A stretch of DNA of 64,000 nucleotides from Tubiluchus corallicola (Eukaryota > Animalia > Priapulida): NCBI GenBank assembly GCA_030141605.1, contig JAQGDQ010000043.1:744001-808000 (forward strand), read 5' to 3'. How positions within the stretch are numbered: position 1 is the stretch's first letter; the number at the start of each line of letters is the position of its first letter. A program made the translations under genes and the position numbers. This document shows positions 13,144 to 35,900 of the stretch, one piece after another. The notes beneath the pieces were generated by a model, which was not told the DNA's origin, searched no databases, and saw only the letters and a list, made by a program, of their open reading frames with translations.

Positions 13144-13676
13144 AATGACAATGACGAGAATGGTTGCGGCGACAGTCACACAGAGAATGACGGTGATGAT
13201 GAGAAATGTTAATAATGCTGAATTTGATATTTCCTATAATCGGTTATAGCCATAAATCAGCTTCGCAACGGGCATTTAATTACTTAATATCAAGGACATG
13301 GTAGACGTAATGCACAAAATTACTCCTGCTGAGAATAATTTTAGCTGAATTTTCATCAATTTAGTGGCCTGGTGGGAGGGAGAAAAAGTGTATTTCCTTA
13401 TTATTAATAGATACAAAGGGCAAAAATTTCATTGCAAACTATATAATCTGGGTTTTTGTTGTTAACGGTGACGAAAACAACAACTACTCGCTTTTTAGTT
13501 AATCTGACTGCCAGTGCTTTCAGTAAAAAATGATTAAGTGCTAAATCGAAAGTATTTATATCAATTTAATACTTGTTGCAAATTATCAGATGAACCATGT
13601 AAGCTATATACACTGTTTATGTCTGATAATGTTATGTACGTTTATGTTATATGACGTAAACTCAATGTGACTCCTG

Positions 13677-13890
13677 GGTTGGCTGGCCGAGTAGTATAGA
13701 TTTCGGACTGCATCTACCAAGTGCAGAGTTCGAGTTTAGCGGCTACCAATACCGGGACATATATCCTACATGTTATTCGTTATTTATGTGTTGCGTCTTT
13801 ACCTGTATTGTTGTAAGTCGTTAAATAGCAGTTAGTGCTAATGTTGTCTGCTAAATGAGCCACTATAAATAAATCTTGTCTTTTGTCTTT
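13677..13890 (+). mobile_element. tRNA-derived SINE with an L2-like 3' end
   Basis: A box TGGCCGAGTAG, B box GAGTTCGAGT. The 3' part tgtaagtcg...gtctgctaaatga resembles L2-derived SINE tails; ends aataaatcttgtcttttgtctt. Confidence 0.65.
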
Positions 13891-14442
13891 TTAATGAGTT
13901 CCAACTTGGATAAAAAATTGTTATAGGAAATAATGTTACCGTGAAAGACGTATTTAGAAATTTCCATCTATTACCTCGTAAGGTAAGATCGTGAAAGGAT
14001 GCGATTTAGCTTTTATGCAACTAGCGGCAATAAAATGAACAAAAGATTGCATAAGTTGTATAGAAAATGGGAATTTTTATTTTTTATCAAAGTATCATTT
14101 GAGAGAGGTGTTAGAGTATGTGGTGTCTTTTTAAATTAATTTCTTTTTATCTTCTTATGTGCAAATAATATCCGTGCTTTTTTTGTCAAATGTTTATTTT
14201 ACTTTTGCTACTAGTTTACAATTTTGTAATTGAACCGATTATATAACATCACTGTACATGTGTGTTCGAAAATAAATGATGTCACTGTAAAGTCTATACT
14301 GATTATTAACAAATACCCACCCCACAGTGTTTCCCTGCACAATCACAAAGATATTTTGCTGACCTACAATAACGATTGCTGTTGTTAAAGCTGTAAAAGT
14401 GTGCATAGGCCCTTGAATTTACTAAATAATACACTTTCAGGC

Positions 14443-22756
<8,314 letters not shown>

Positions 22757-25700
22757 ACCTGTTAAGTATTTATTCTCAACTGTAGAAGCCTGGTATACTT
22801 GACGATAAAGCAATCATGCTTGCTTCGCCATCTGTTGTAGACGTAAAAAAACTTGGAGATTCCTATCCAGGTTAAAGTAGGGCTGAAAAACGAGCATATA
22901 AATGAACAGTATTAAGTGTTGATAATAAACCAAAAATAATTTACGTAAATGTTAATTTGCTTATAGAACATTTTTGTGTTTTGTAGCTCAGGTCTGCCTA
23001 AATATTACAGGTCTACAGTCTACTGTGTGTATACACACTCAGGCCTACCAGCTGCTTAAGACCTGACGAGCACAGGGTAGGAAGGGTAGATTCAGGAGGT
23101 AGATTCAGAAGGAGCAGGGTAGAATGGCATTAGGTCTAACATTCAAAATGTTCTAGCTATGATTTAGCTAGAAAAACAGGACAATGTGACCATATTGAGT
23201 CACTAGTGGGAAACGGCATGCATTTCTTAAGTAATAATTAGCTCTCTTATTTAAACTAATCTGGGTAATGGTGCCCACTGTGTGCCATTAAAGTGTAGAA
23301 TGAAATAAAAATCCTCAGTGTTAAGAGTATTTACGCACATCAAAATACTGCTAAATGCAAATGCGTCTGGTGCAAAACTACAAACTACTATAGTGCATAA
23401 AACTAAAACTAAAAGCAACAACTCACTACACACATTCACATACACAGCTACAATAATACAGTACATGGGCACAGTACACTAAGTAAAATACTTAATAGGC
23501 CTATAGGTCAGACAAAAAATACATCAAATTATTTTGACATGCACACCACATATATTACGTAACAAAAATTACTTACACAGATTACCGTTTCACAATTTGT
23601 TTAGTGTAACACAGGGATTCTCATTCAATTATCTGATTCGGACACGGATATACAAATTTGAATTTTGAAATTTGAACTAGCCGGCTTAACTGACTAGCTT
23701 TGTAGTGAAATTATACTAGATTAATTTTTTATCAATTAAAAATTAAGTTCCTATGGCGTTGTAAATTACGTTTGTAGTTCGTCGACAAACACGTCAACAC
23801 CCAAAATAAAACAGGAAGGTGGCGTCATCTAGCGATCAGTTTACGAAACTTTAAAAATAATTAAGGGTGATTTATTACTTCTAATAAAATTAATGTACTA
23901 ACGTAACCTTCGGCGAACAATAGCACTTATTTAAAATACTGAACAGTAAAAAAGGAAGATTTGAATTTGAATACTTAAAAATTACGATTTGTTTATTTTA
24001 GCCAAGGCAAAATGAATAAGAAATTTAAAAATCAACATGGCACAGAAATTTTAACAGATCATCCACTAAAATAACACACTCTTAGGGACACGGTTCATTA
24101 TGAAAATAAAATATGGATTGGCAAATTCTTTACAAAATAGCACAGAATTATTGAGTAGGACTATAAGAATAATCGTGATTATATTCATACTTATAACCAC
24201 TCTATGTTGAACACAACCGTGTCGTGTAAATGCATCAGTAAGAGTGAAGTGTGAGAATAAGTACAGCGTTTAGGTAAAAATTACAAATAAATTACCATGA
24301 ACAACATTGCAAATCGAGAATCACATTAACATTAACATAACATTTAACATGTACTTTACACAGCCAATAATGTGCAATGAAATTTATTCCATTACAGAAA
24401 AAAACTTATTTTTACTAATACCCACAATCCATTGTTATCAAGTTCCTGACATTTCTTAAACTTGTCTTATATAAGGTCAGCCACATTATTACACGTTATT
24501 AATATTCTCAATTAACAGAGACTTGTGGAATTAAGTGAGAATGTTCACTGTACCATTATATGGATTAGAATTGTCTATAAAATCATATATAAAATGACAT
24601 AATGTCATCACGCTGCCACATGTGCTATAAAACCACGTCAAATGACATTGCATTATAAGCACTGCACTCCATGCAATGCCAGCACAATTCACACAATTGA
24701 CATTCAAATAAATGCAATACTATTCAGTTGCATCTCAGAACTTACCCTAAATAAATAAAAGCCAATATGTTTACTGCTACATATGTAAGCACAGGTAGTA
24801 ATGATTGTGAACAATCTAAAAAGTAGGCTCCTAAATCAGGTAAAAAGCTGGGGATACAAATTCAAGGCTTAAATGCAAAATATTCATTTAAAATAAACCA
24901 AGTTTCAAAGATGCAAAAATAAACTAGCGAATGAGACTAGAACATCTTTACTTATCTTATGCTGAAAGCTAAATGCAGGTTGGCATGTAGGCACACTGTA
25001 TTCATGTTTCTGCTACATACATGACAAGTTCAGTTCAGTTTATCACAAGCCACGTAATGTTGGTTGTTTTGTAAAACAATTAACAAAAGAATGAGCACCA
25101 CTTTATTTACACTGATTTCACTACACTTTTCGTCTATGGAGTAGAAAACAATAACCATTATTGTTAAAGCTGGTGCTTCTTTCTTACATTTATCAAATTT
25201 TGGCTTCAAAATGTAAAACAAAATAAAATGACAAATTTAACATCGAGATCTATGAAAACTGCAAAAATATAATTCTTAAAAATCTTTGCAGACGTCACTG
25301 CAAAAAAAATCAGAGGCATTATTTTAAGAAAATTAGACAAAGTACATTATCATAATAGAATAAAAGCCTATGTATCTTGTTTGACAAATTTTCTCCAGCT
25401 TTGAATACTTAACTTACTACCAGTTTCTTTATACATGTAATGACTACTTATGATTGCTTAATAACTTAAGAAAATAAAAATTAGAACACAAAACATAAAC
25501 GTTTTAATGTAAAGGAAGTGTTGACAATCAATTATAGATTGGCACAAAAACACAAGTTTTCACAGTATCAATTTGGAAACGTTTTGTCTAGAAAATGAGA
25601 TTGCAAAATTTTTACTAAAGAAATCCACAATGCAGTTCGACATTTATGTGTTTACTTAACTAAAAATTCACTTAGTCTAAAACGTAGCATAGGTTCATCC

Positions 25701-26913
25701 CTGGTTCAAATCTTAGTCAAGCCATAATGCATTTATACAATTGATTAATCATCAATTCCTGCTACTACAATTCATTATAAAAACTAATTTTCTTACAAAG
25801 AAGATGTGGGATTAGACTAGATGACATTGTAATGTAGGTAAAACATACACATTTATAACCAGACATGATTAAAGCAACAAAATGTTTTAAATCTACATCC
25901 TTTTTTCTCCAATAACAACAGAATGCAATAATAATAATAAAATCTTAAGCTGCCCAGTTAAAAAGAGATAAAATTTTCACTTACATCATCAACGTTTTGC
26001 ATTTTATAGCAAAAATTAACAAACTTCTCATATTATTTTGTAATTTATGAAACCAGCTGTGCACTAAAATGCTTTTCGTACATTTGACTACAACAGAGCA
26101 ACAGTAGTTTAATTACAATGTGTACAACAGTCACAGATGAAATCATACACCAAGACAATATTAGACTTTGCATGTTTTAGTTAAAACTATGAAAGTTTTT
26201 AAACATTCTTATAAAATTATTAAAATTCTAAAGTTGAGTGAAGCAATTCTAAAGGTGAAACTTTTTTGGTGTTTGGTTAGTTTAACTACAAGATGAATCT
26301 CCTGCTTTTGCAAAAGTAACTGTACATTTTAAATAAAATTGGGACAAAAGTTATATTCCTGAGACCTACGAAGCATACATTGATGCTCACAAATTTAGCA
26401 CACTTTGAACAGTGCTGTAATAATTTTTTAATTAGATGACAAAAAAGTCTACAACCAAAGTAAGATATTCACAATAGAAATACTTTGGCGAATTATATAA
26501 CAGTTTAAAAAATATACACTTGCATAGAGTGTAATTTTATGAACGTAATCACAATAGCTTAGAGGCTGATCATCAATTATTAAGTCCAGTAGTCGATACG
26601 GCGATTGCCACCATGATACTTCAGAATGTGATAATGCTAATCACTTATGTATGTAAGAGGTCGACTGCAAAACAATCAGTTTTAATTGACCAAGCTAACA
26701 ATTCAAACATGACAGTGCAAAAGTTATACAACAAAATACACAATTAAACTAGATGAATCACGTGTAAAATATACATATTGGCCACTCCTACTTATGATCA
26801 GACTGAAAAATATGTTCACAATTTTGCTTGCTTGAATTAAATGCTATTTAGTACACACATTTAAATAATTTTTGTCTAATAAAATATTTTATAAAGACGT
26901 ACAATTAATATTT

Positions 26914-29900
26914 TTATAAAACTAGATCCCATTTATCACTAGCACCATCATCTGGTACACTATCATCATCACTATCGTCAATACCATCACCATCATCCTT
27001 CTGTACAGCATCAAGAAGGTCGAAATGACCCTGATTTCGAGATCGGACGTCACCATTGAAGAGCGGTTTAGATGTACAGTCGTTGCTGTTTCTGTCACAT
27101 CGAATGCATTTCTTGTCATCGTGGCAGTCAGGACTGACAGCACGCAGTTTCTTGTGTTTCCTCAAATAGTCACCCTTTATTAACTGCCAGAATAGGCCAC
27201 AGTTAATGAGGCTCACGAGGGTGTTTCCAAACAACAAGAAAGAATAAAATCCTAGGGGGATGTCATAAAAATGCAGCCATAATCCTCGATACACTAGAGC
27301 TTCAATAAAATAAACAATGATATTATAATTTCTCTATAGGTAAACATGTCAGTATTACATAAACTTGTTAGAACAGGAAGTAAACAAACAACGGGTAAAC
27401 TTGCAGCCATTCTATTGACAATACTGTTGATTATCAGAAAAGAGTTTAGTTACGTATTATGCACTGCTTGTCTGCAAATCTAGATTATATTACATGGTGT
27501 TATACTCATTAGGAAAGTGCAATGATGCTTTCATTCTAAAGGGAATACAACTCACTGATTTTCCCCAAACAAGCTGAACTCAAGAAATTATTACAAATTT
27601 AAATTCCAAGGGTATTTAAACAGTACATTCACATAAATGATATACATTATGCAACGCGATACAAAATATCATGCTATCCCATGGGTGTTATTACAGTTTA
27701 GTAAAGTTTTGAAAAGATCAACTCTTGCATGTAAAAGAGCTCTCATAGCAAAATTTGTATTTCAGACTGCTTTTTGAAAAGGTATACACAAAAAACAAAA
27801 AGTTAGAACTGCCATGATGTAATGCTCATCAAAAACTAACATTATTATTATTGTTATTAATAGGCACATTCGTTGACATAGTTGTCACTGTCATCATCAT
27901 CATCACTGTCATCATTGTAGCATAATACGCAGGCAATAAAGCATTCAAAAAGAAAAAACTTAAGTGTTTACATATGTACTATACAGTGCACATTTACCTA
28001 GAGTGCCAAAGCGGAAAACAATAAAGGACACCATATTAAAAGCGACTACAATTCTGTACTGCCAGCAGTCAGGTGGGTAACGACGTGTCATATGCATCAC
28101 TTTTCTTCCATGAAGAAATATACTATTCACTTCTAAAGTAAGCACCATCACATGATAGCCTATATAACCATCTCCTACCACATTGTATATCATACCAGCA
28201 CATACCTGTAAAAGTATAGTGATTTTCTTATAATATCAACAACAGCAATGCTGTCTCACCAAATGTAGCACTAAATATAGTACTTGCAGTAATGTCTACG
28301 GTTGCATTATCTGAGAAGTTTAAACAGAAAATCTTATTTAAAGCAAGTTTCAATATCTAAATGTTTGATTTTTTTCTGTTAGAATTTTATGCATTAAGGT
28401 TGAGAATCACAAGTTTCATGATTAAGTTGATGTAAACTATCAGAACGTTATACAGTATTTAAATACATTTATGCACATCCTTGGTTAGGTATAAACAAGG
28501 ATGATTATTTCGATTCCAGACGTCGCGTTCCCATTCTCTAGTTCCCAAACTGAGAGTAAAAGCTTAGTGAAAACTAATTCGGGATGCGAACCATCCATTA
28601 CTCGCTTATTTAGTTCTTTCTGCCCAATTGCCAAGATGTCATTTAAACTACTATTTACCATAGTCACAGAATGCGTTTTAACATTATGATTACATCATTT
28701 ATGTTATTTCAATATTTTCCCTCTTCTCTGCTTCAGTTCCTTCCTTCCTTCCTTCCTCTTTCCCCTCTCTCTATACTCTACCTCCCACCTCCTTTTCTCT
28801 CTCCCCCTCTCTTTCTCTCTCTCTCTCTCTCTCTCACTCTTTTTTCTCATCACCTTCTCTGTCCCTCTCTCTCGTTCTAATCGTTACCAATTATCTTCAC
28901 CTTGTGAAATTGATTTTTTAAACTATTAAAAATATCTGCATGTAATTAAAAAGCAATATTGACGTCATCATTATGTTATGATCATCATTATGACATTTAT
29001 ATGCAAGAGTGATTTATATATTAACCTTTCTTTGCAAAAATTCAATAAGATCTTAGTTTTACTATCAAACACGATGTTGTATTTTGACTGTAAACTGCTT
29101 GTATGAACTTGCATCATGCATGGCAGTATCACGTGCCAGTTCAAGGCATCAAATGTTTGAAAAGAACCTAGCACTGAGTCTCTAGTGCCACATAATATTG
29201 TATATTTATGATGAAACCTTTCAAAAGTGCTCGTCAACATTTTTCCTAAACGTTCACAAAGGTAAACACGGTCATACATTTATGCACAGCGGAAGCCATA
29301 AAAGCTCTAGCTGATTGCTTCACTAAGGCTGAATGCTAAGAGGATAAGGTAAGATTACTGCTGCTCAGGTATACTATAACATCAAACGAAAAATATCTGC
29401 TTTTACCTTAGAGGATACCCTCTATCTGCCTGTTGTCAACACACTATATGGCATTACTCACTGACCTGCTCACTGTTGTCAGTACACTATTCTTAAGTGC
29501 TGTCATTCTTTATACATAGTATCTACTTTTCTACACCCTGATATGGTAGAATGGCTCTTGCTTTTCTCACTGTGATTGATTGACAGTTTTCTCATAAATT
29601 AGTTAAAAGACAAATGGTTGATGGAGGAACATGTAAATGCTCCACATTCTAGGCTCATTAATAGTTTATCCACTGCATATCGACTCCTGATCATTATACA
29701 CACTGACTACAGCACCTGTAACAAGCACTGATTCCTGAATGGAGTCAGCTGTGAATCTGTAATTGTAATATGAAATATCTATAAAGACATCTTTCTTAGA
29801 AACAGTTTTAGATGTCGTTTACTATAATTCTTTTTGTTTTTTATGCAAAGAATATTGTTTACTAATCAACATAATTTATTCTCTGCATGATTTTTTGTCC

Positions 29901-32900
29901 AATAAATCTATTTAACTTGTACAATGACATAATAAATTAAATTAAGTTTGAAAACTAACAACACCTGAAGGCAACTTTAGTCAGAGAGCCTAGCTGCCAT
30001 CTAGTTGCAACACTGCATGTAATTTGATCCACCTTGTTTGCGGCGCAAAGAATATCAGCTGTTAGCAAAGTTCGCCTAGGAATAACGTTTGAAGCTTCAC
30101 TTGGCACTGAAGACTGATCTCGTGAAATGAATGCATGCTCTAATTTCTAGTTCAAGTAGACTTTAAGTTGTGGCAAAACTACATGTTTATAGCTACACGA
30201 AACTGAAGTCTTTATGTCCTCTTTGTAGGCATTAGCTACTTCATCTACCACAAAATGAAAATCATGATTTGACAAAACATTGTCTAATATTTCACATACC
30301 GGTAAGTGATGTATGCAGACCTCCCAGTGTGCCAAGAATCCCACTTCATATAAAATGTCGAAGAAATCATAGCAGAAATATCCTACAACAATAACGCAAT
30401 ATAAGAACCCTACATAAAAGTAAATGGAAGGAGTTTACAATTCCCTGCCCTACCCTTACCCCTACACTAGCCCTAATCCTAACCCTAACTCTAATCCGTT
30501 TCACGAATTAATTTCTTCTGTGTTAGGAATGTAAACTTTAGTCAAGTAAATTAACATAGCAAAATTCAAAGGAAGATGGCAAATGCAAATTCAAAAGCAA
30601 AAAGTTGTGGCAGTTTTAGAACCGATCCATAAAGGCTGCGAACATTTTACATTTGAATGATAGGACTTACGGGATTATTTTGCAGGGTGGCCCCAAACAT
30701 ATAGCCATTCTACGGGATAAACCCACTAAAATGTTACCCTGTCTGATTATTAAAGCACTCAACAATAACACAGGACACACACTCACCCACTGAGGACATT
30801 TTATCTTTATAAATTATAGATATTCTGTAGGATTGAAAAGGTTTTCAAGTAAGACCACATTTCTTGCATTTCTCGTGGGAATTTTAATTATTCTGGAGAA
30901 AAAGCCAGACTTCGTAAATAAAAAAATAAAGTAGCAGAATGATATGGCTGGCATAAGAGGCACTATTTAAATTTTACTGTGATTGATTTGCCTATAATGA
31001 AATTCTAAAAAACAGCTACAGTTTTTGGAATTTGGAAACCGTTTAAGCTGTTTCATTGATCTTTTCAGTGAAACTGTACTTTACGGAAATCAAATTTAAT
31101 CTAAATTTATCTTTATGATGTAAATTAAATGTTTAAGCTAACCAGCAAAACATACAGTTAGCTACCATGATGTCAAATTACTACCAGAACATTTTGTTTA
31201 TTTCTTTATGTATTAGCTAGAAGTAAATTTATGAATTCTGTACCCAAGCCACAAATCAAGAATACCCTAATATTTTGAAATTTACATTTATCAGTGCAGC
31301 AGTAGACAGGCATATCACTCAAAAATCTCTAGTCTTCTACATACAATAAGTAGGATCAAAGACGTTCCCTGGGCATAAACAGTTTATTTACTGGGAATGT
31401 ACTTGGTAGGACCATACCTGTAGAAAATGCACAGAGGACGTAACCCGCCGTCCTTTTGTAAGTAAAGAGATCTTCCAGGAGATCAGGATGATAGTACATT
31501 CTATAAAAAAACAGACTGCAGTAATAAAATTGTCAGAACCTTTTTGGGAGATATTTTGAGTGATTTTAAATCAAGCCAACAATAACTCAACTTGCGAAAA
31601 AGTTGGGACAATATAATAGCTGTAGTAAATATAATGAACACAGTTCTGAGCTTTGAACAGTACAAATGCCCTTAAAACACATGGAAAGAAATGTGAGTAA
31701 AGAATAGCTAACATCATATCATAGTGACAATGATAACTAGACTGCAGTGCATATTATAATTTTTCAGCTTAGAACAAACCTTGCACAAAACTACTTTTAT
31801 GTAGTTTGATCAGTTAACATTACACTGAGTAATAAATGTTAAAGACTGTGGTAAAACAGGAACCTAGTTATATCAAGAATAGCACAAATGAGCGAAACAG
31901 GCAAGGCAGGAGAAGAACTATAACCACCCACCACAACCTTTTCCAGCAGATGCTGACCCACTTGTTAACCAAGGCCTGGCCAAGCAACTGCCAAATTTCG
32001 CTACCACTAGGTTATTTCCACGACCTACATAATTAAAAATCTTTGAGACTATGTACTTAGTGCTTTGAGATCCCAATTAGTTTTATTTTAATTTAGTTCA
32101 TCAGTTGTTAGTATATTCACTATTATAATATAATCAATAAAGTAAATGGTAATAATATTTCACAATAATTTAGATGAAACAACTAGTACTATTAACATGA
32201 AGCCATTAAGCATTGGCATTTGACCAAACTCTGCAACGAAGTCACAATAATGAGTGTACAACGAACCGGGGGTATTTAGCTTGTCAATAAATTCTGACGG
32301 ACAACGAAAATATCTCCGCTTCCTAAAATTTACCGATCAGCTTTGCACAAACGTTTTATCGGTTTCGCGAAATAAAATGGCCAGTTACTGGGAACACAAA
32401 TGGAAAGCTAGCACAAATGATTCATGCTAAAATCGTCAGCTATAATTGAATAGAGCATTACACAGAAGGGGAGCCAGCTACGATTCAATATAACTTTTGA
32501 GAAAAGTTAGACGCTTTTATTACGTAGGTATACACACCCTGATGCAGAAATATTGCATCTTAAGTTGCTCAATAGTGGAATTTACATGAGGGGCTACCGA
32601 CAGCGACGGTCGGCCTGACCACATCCAAAATGACTGCATAGTGTAACTCTAACTCAGATAACTTCATTTTTACAGAATTTGACACTTTGCAAGTTTAGTC
32701 TGCACCAGCACACGTTGCTAAACCTACAAGTCTGCACGTTTTTTTTCGGACTTCTGGTGATGAAACACCATTAAACATTCATAGAAAGTTGAAGTGATGA
32801 CAGAACTTTCAACATGTTACTACTGCTCCCTGTTCCTTGTAACACCACCACTAGAACCGACGCTTCTTTATTAAATTTTACGTAAACCTTACGTAATGAC

Positions 32901-35900
32901 AGTAATAGGTGATGACAGTGTCGAAATGATTCAATACTCTCCCTGGTAGCTCCAAGCTCCATATTGATTCTGGAAATTTTCCGGTTCACATCCAAATGGC
33001 TAAGACATCTCTGTCTGTTCAGTGCCTCGTCTTAATAGATTGCATTTTATAACCTTGATAATGAGCCAAATTCCAGTCCCGCCATAACCATCCACATTGC
33101 ACATACAGCTCATGCCAAAGACTGTTGAATTCCTATTTGCAGTGTCTCAAGTAAACTCAAATTGTATAAGAAATTCTGCAACACATTTTTATTATTATCT
33201 TAATTTAGAACGCATTTTGTATAGATAAATTTTAATGAAATGTAAGACGCTTATAAATGACTTTACAGCTCATTAAAAAAGCAATAACACAAGCGCGGTG
33301 TATCACGCAAACTGTTCAATGTTGGTCTGTTGGACCTCCTCCCCATTAACCGCCAAGGTACTTCTCATTAGTGCTCAGTATAACAATTAATTAGTCTCCG
33401 TCCTTAGTATAATTTTAGTGATAATCTTACAAACTCAATGTAATTAGTCAGCTTTTGATGAATAGGTTCTGTTGCATTTTTTATGAAGCTGCCCCGTATG
33501 AACTTTAGTTAAGCGTTTAATTAACCTTTGGTCGGCCTCGCCTGAGAATAATACTTAAAAGTATAGTACACGCCAACCAATCTAGTTCTGTTTGGGTAGA
33601 CTTTGAACCAAAGTGCGTGGCAACACAAACAAGCTGTAATAACACAAAGAAGGAAAACGAATCACTTGATTGCGCAAGGGCATGGCAATTCTAACTGCCT
33701 TTTTGCTTTGTCTAACACATACCTATCAATCCCAACCAGACCTGAAGCTAAGCTACTGGCCATGTGAATAATAAAACAAACTGCATTTAATAAAACAACA
33801 ATTATTTAGCTTATTTTAATTATAATCAAAATCTTTATATACTTTAGACGCTGCATACAATTAGCACATAATTTATACAGATTTAAATGTTTTAAGAATA
33901 ATTACCATGCAATTTACGTAAATTAGGCGTTAGGCGTGCTTGGCTAACACTAAAGTCGTAATACCAACTAGTCCAACAACAAATTCAAATTTGAAATCAC
34001 CACCGGAGGTAGTACTCCAAGAGCCGACAAAGGATCCAATCACCCCATAATCAACAAAAGGTATGACCATGTTGTATTGTCACCATGGTGTGCAAAAGTG
34101 ACCATCTGACAGGTACTTCAGCGGGGCGTTTGAGGGGTATCAGGGCCAAAATCCCCACTCGAGGCTATTAATTCACCTCATTTTAAAATGTCGGATTTGT
34201 ATCACATGTTGTAGGCAGACTTATTTTATTGTAGGCAAACTTACTCTAGCTATGGAAATGATAATACCTGGCACCTGGAAAATGGGGCATTTTATGGAGG
34301 TGGGTAGATATGGCCCCTTCACGAACATGAATTCACCTCATAATCAAGAAAGCCAAATTCAGCATCAAATGAGTGTCATATTCAGAGGACTACTGAGGTA
34401 CTAATTTCTGACAAGCCCTGATTTCTGAGCTTTTTTCAGAGCTCATGGAATTGACTTATACTGCTTTTCTACACGGCATGTAAAGTCATCCTTTCCCCTC
34501 GCATTCCAGGTGTCTGTGCTCATGTATAAGTGGTGCAACGGAATGCACAGGTTGGGGTCATAAAACACAAGAAAGAAAGGCTTCATCAATGGTTCACGCC
34601 CCAGTGTGCTTATAGCAGTAGCGTCGCCTCAAAACTACTTCAAACTTATTCCCATTCAAACTGGTTAGTCAAACCAGATCTACTAGTTTGTATTTTGTTC
34701 CATTGGTTTATTATTACCCTATCTTCAACCCCTAGATGAGTGATAGTGGGAGTCTCTCTGGACCAAAACTGACGATATATGAAGAGGAACTCACTGTTGT
34801 ATTGACCTAGTTTTGCATAGTCCTCTTGTTTAGGAAGATAGCAATTTCTAAATGGCATAGCTCTTTGACCCCCATCAGTAATCATTCCAGCACTGTAAAA
34901 CCAACATTTGACTGAACAGAAACCTTTAAAAACGTTTACTGGAGAAAAAATAGCCTCCATCGCAATCGTTAAAAATACAGGAGGCTCAAGAATCAACAGT
35001 GTAACTAAATTATTATAATATCTGTTTGTCAGTGTTGAGATTCCTACCCGTGAATGAGCTTTGTGAGTAATATATTTTTGCAACGTTTTATACAATTGCC
35101 CACCCCACTAGAAATGTCAGTTCAAGGCATCAGACATTATCATTTTTTATAAATTAGGTAAGCGTGCCTGCAACATATGTGGTACAGATCTGCCACCTGG
35201 AAATGAGGTGAATAAATATTAATATAAAAACTCGTTTTGTCAGAAATTAGTACTGCAGTAGTAGTGTGATTATGACACTAATTTGGGTTCTAAATCTGGC
35301 TTTCTTCATTATAAGGTGAATATTTCGCCATCCTCTCAAAAAATGTCCTATCCGGATATCAGATATCATTGTTTTCATCACTAGGGTAAGCAACTAAGTA
35401 TGCCCAGAATTTGTGATGCAAATATCTTGAAATGTGGTGAATAAATCGTCTGAAGGTGCATTCCATGCAGGAACTCGCCAGATTTGTGGATCATCTTGAA
35501 ACGTGATAAATAAATCCACCTGTACCCCTCAAACGTCCCCACTAAAGTACTTATCAGACCGCCATTTTTACACACCACGATGACAATACAACATCACGAT
35601 ATAGTCAATCCTTTTCTCGACCATGAAGTTATCAAATCTCACTCACTCTTTGACGATGGGTTAGTTATTTGCGTCAACTTCATGTACTGCCCTCTTGTCT
35701 GGTTAAGTCACTCTGTGACGGAAACGCAATCGCTAGACAAGCTCCCAGAAAGGGCGAGGCAATTTTTATGAAGTGATTATATAATTAAATGTTAAAACTT
35801 TAATTGTAATTATTCCACAACCGTTACTACAGTTGGTTTCGGTTACGAAATATTTGTGCGCAAGGAATTCGGCAAAATTCTAATATACGAATCACTCAAC

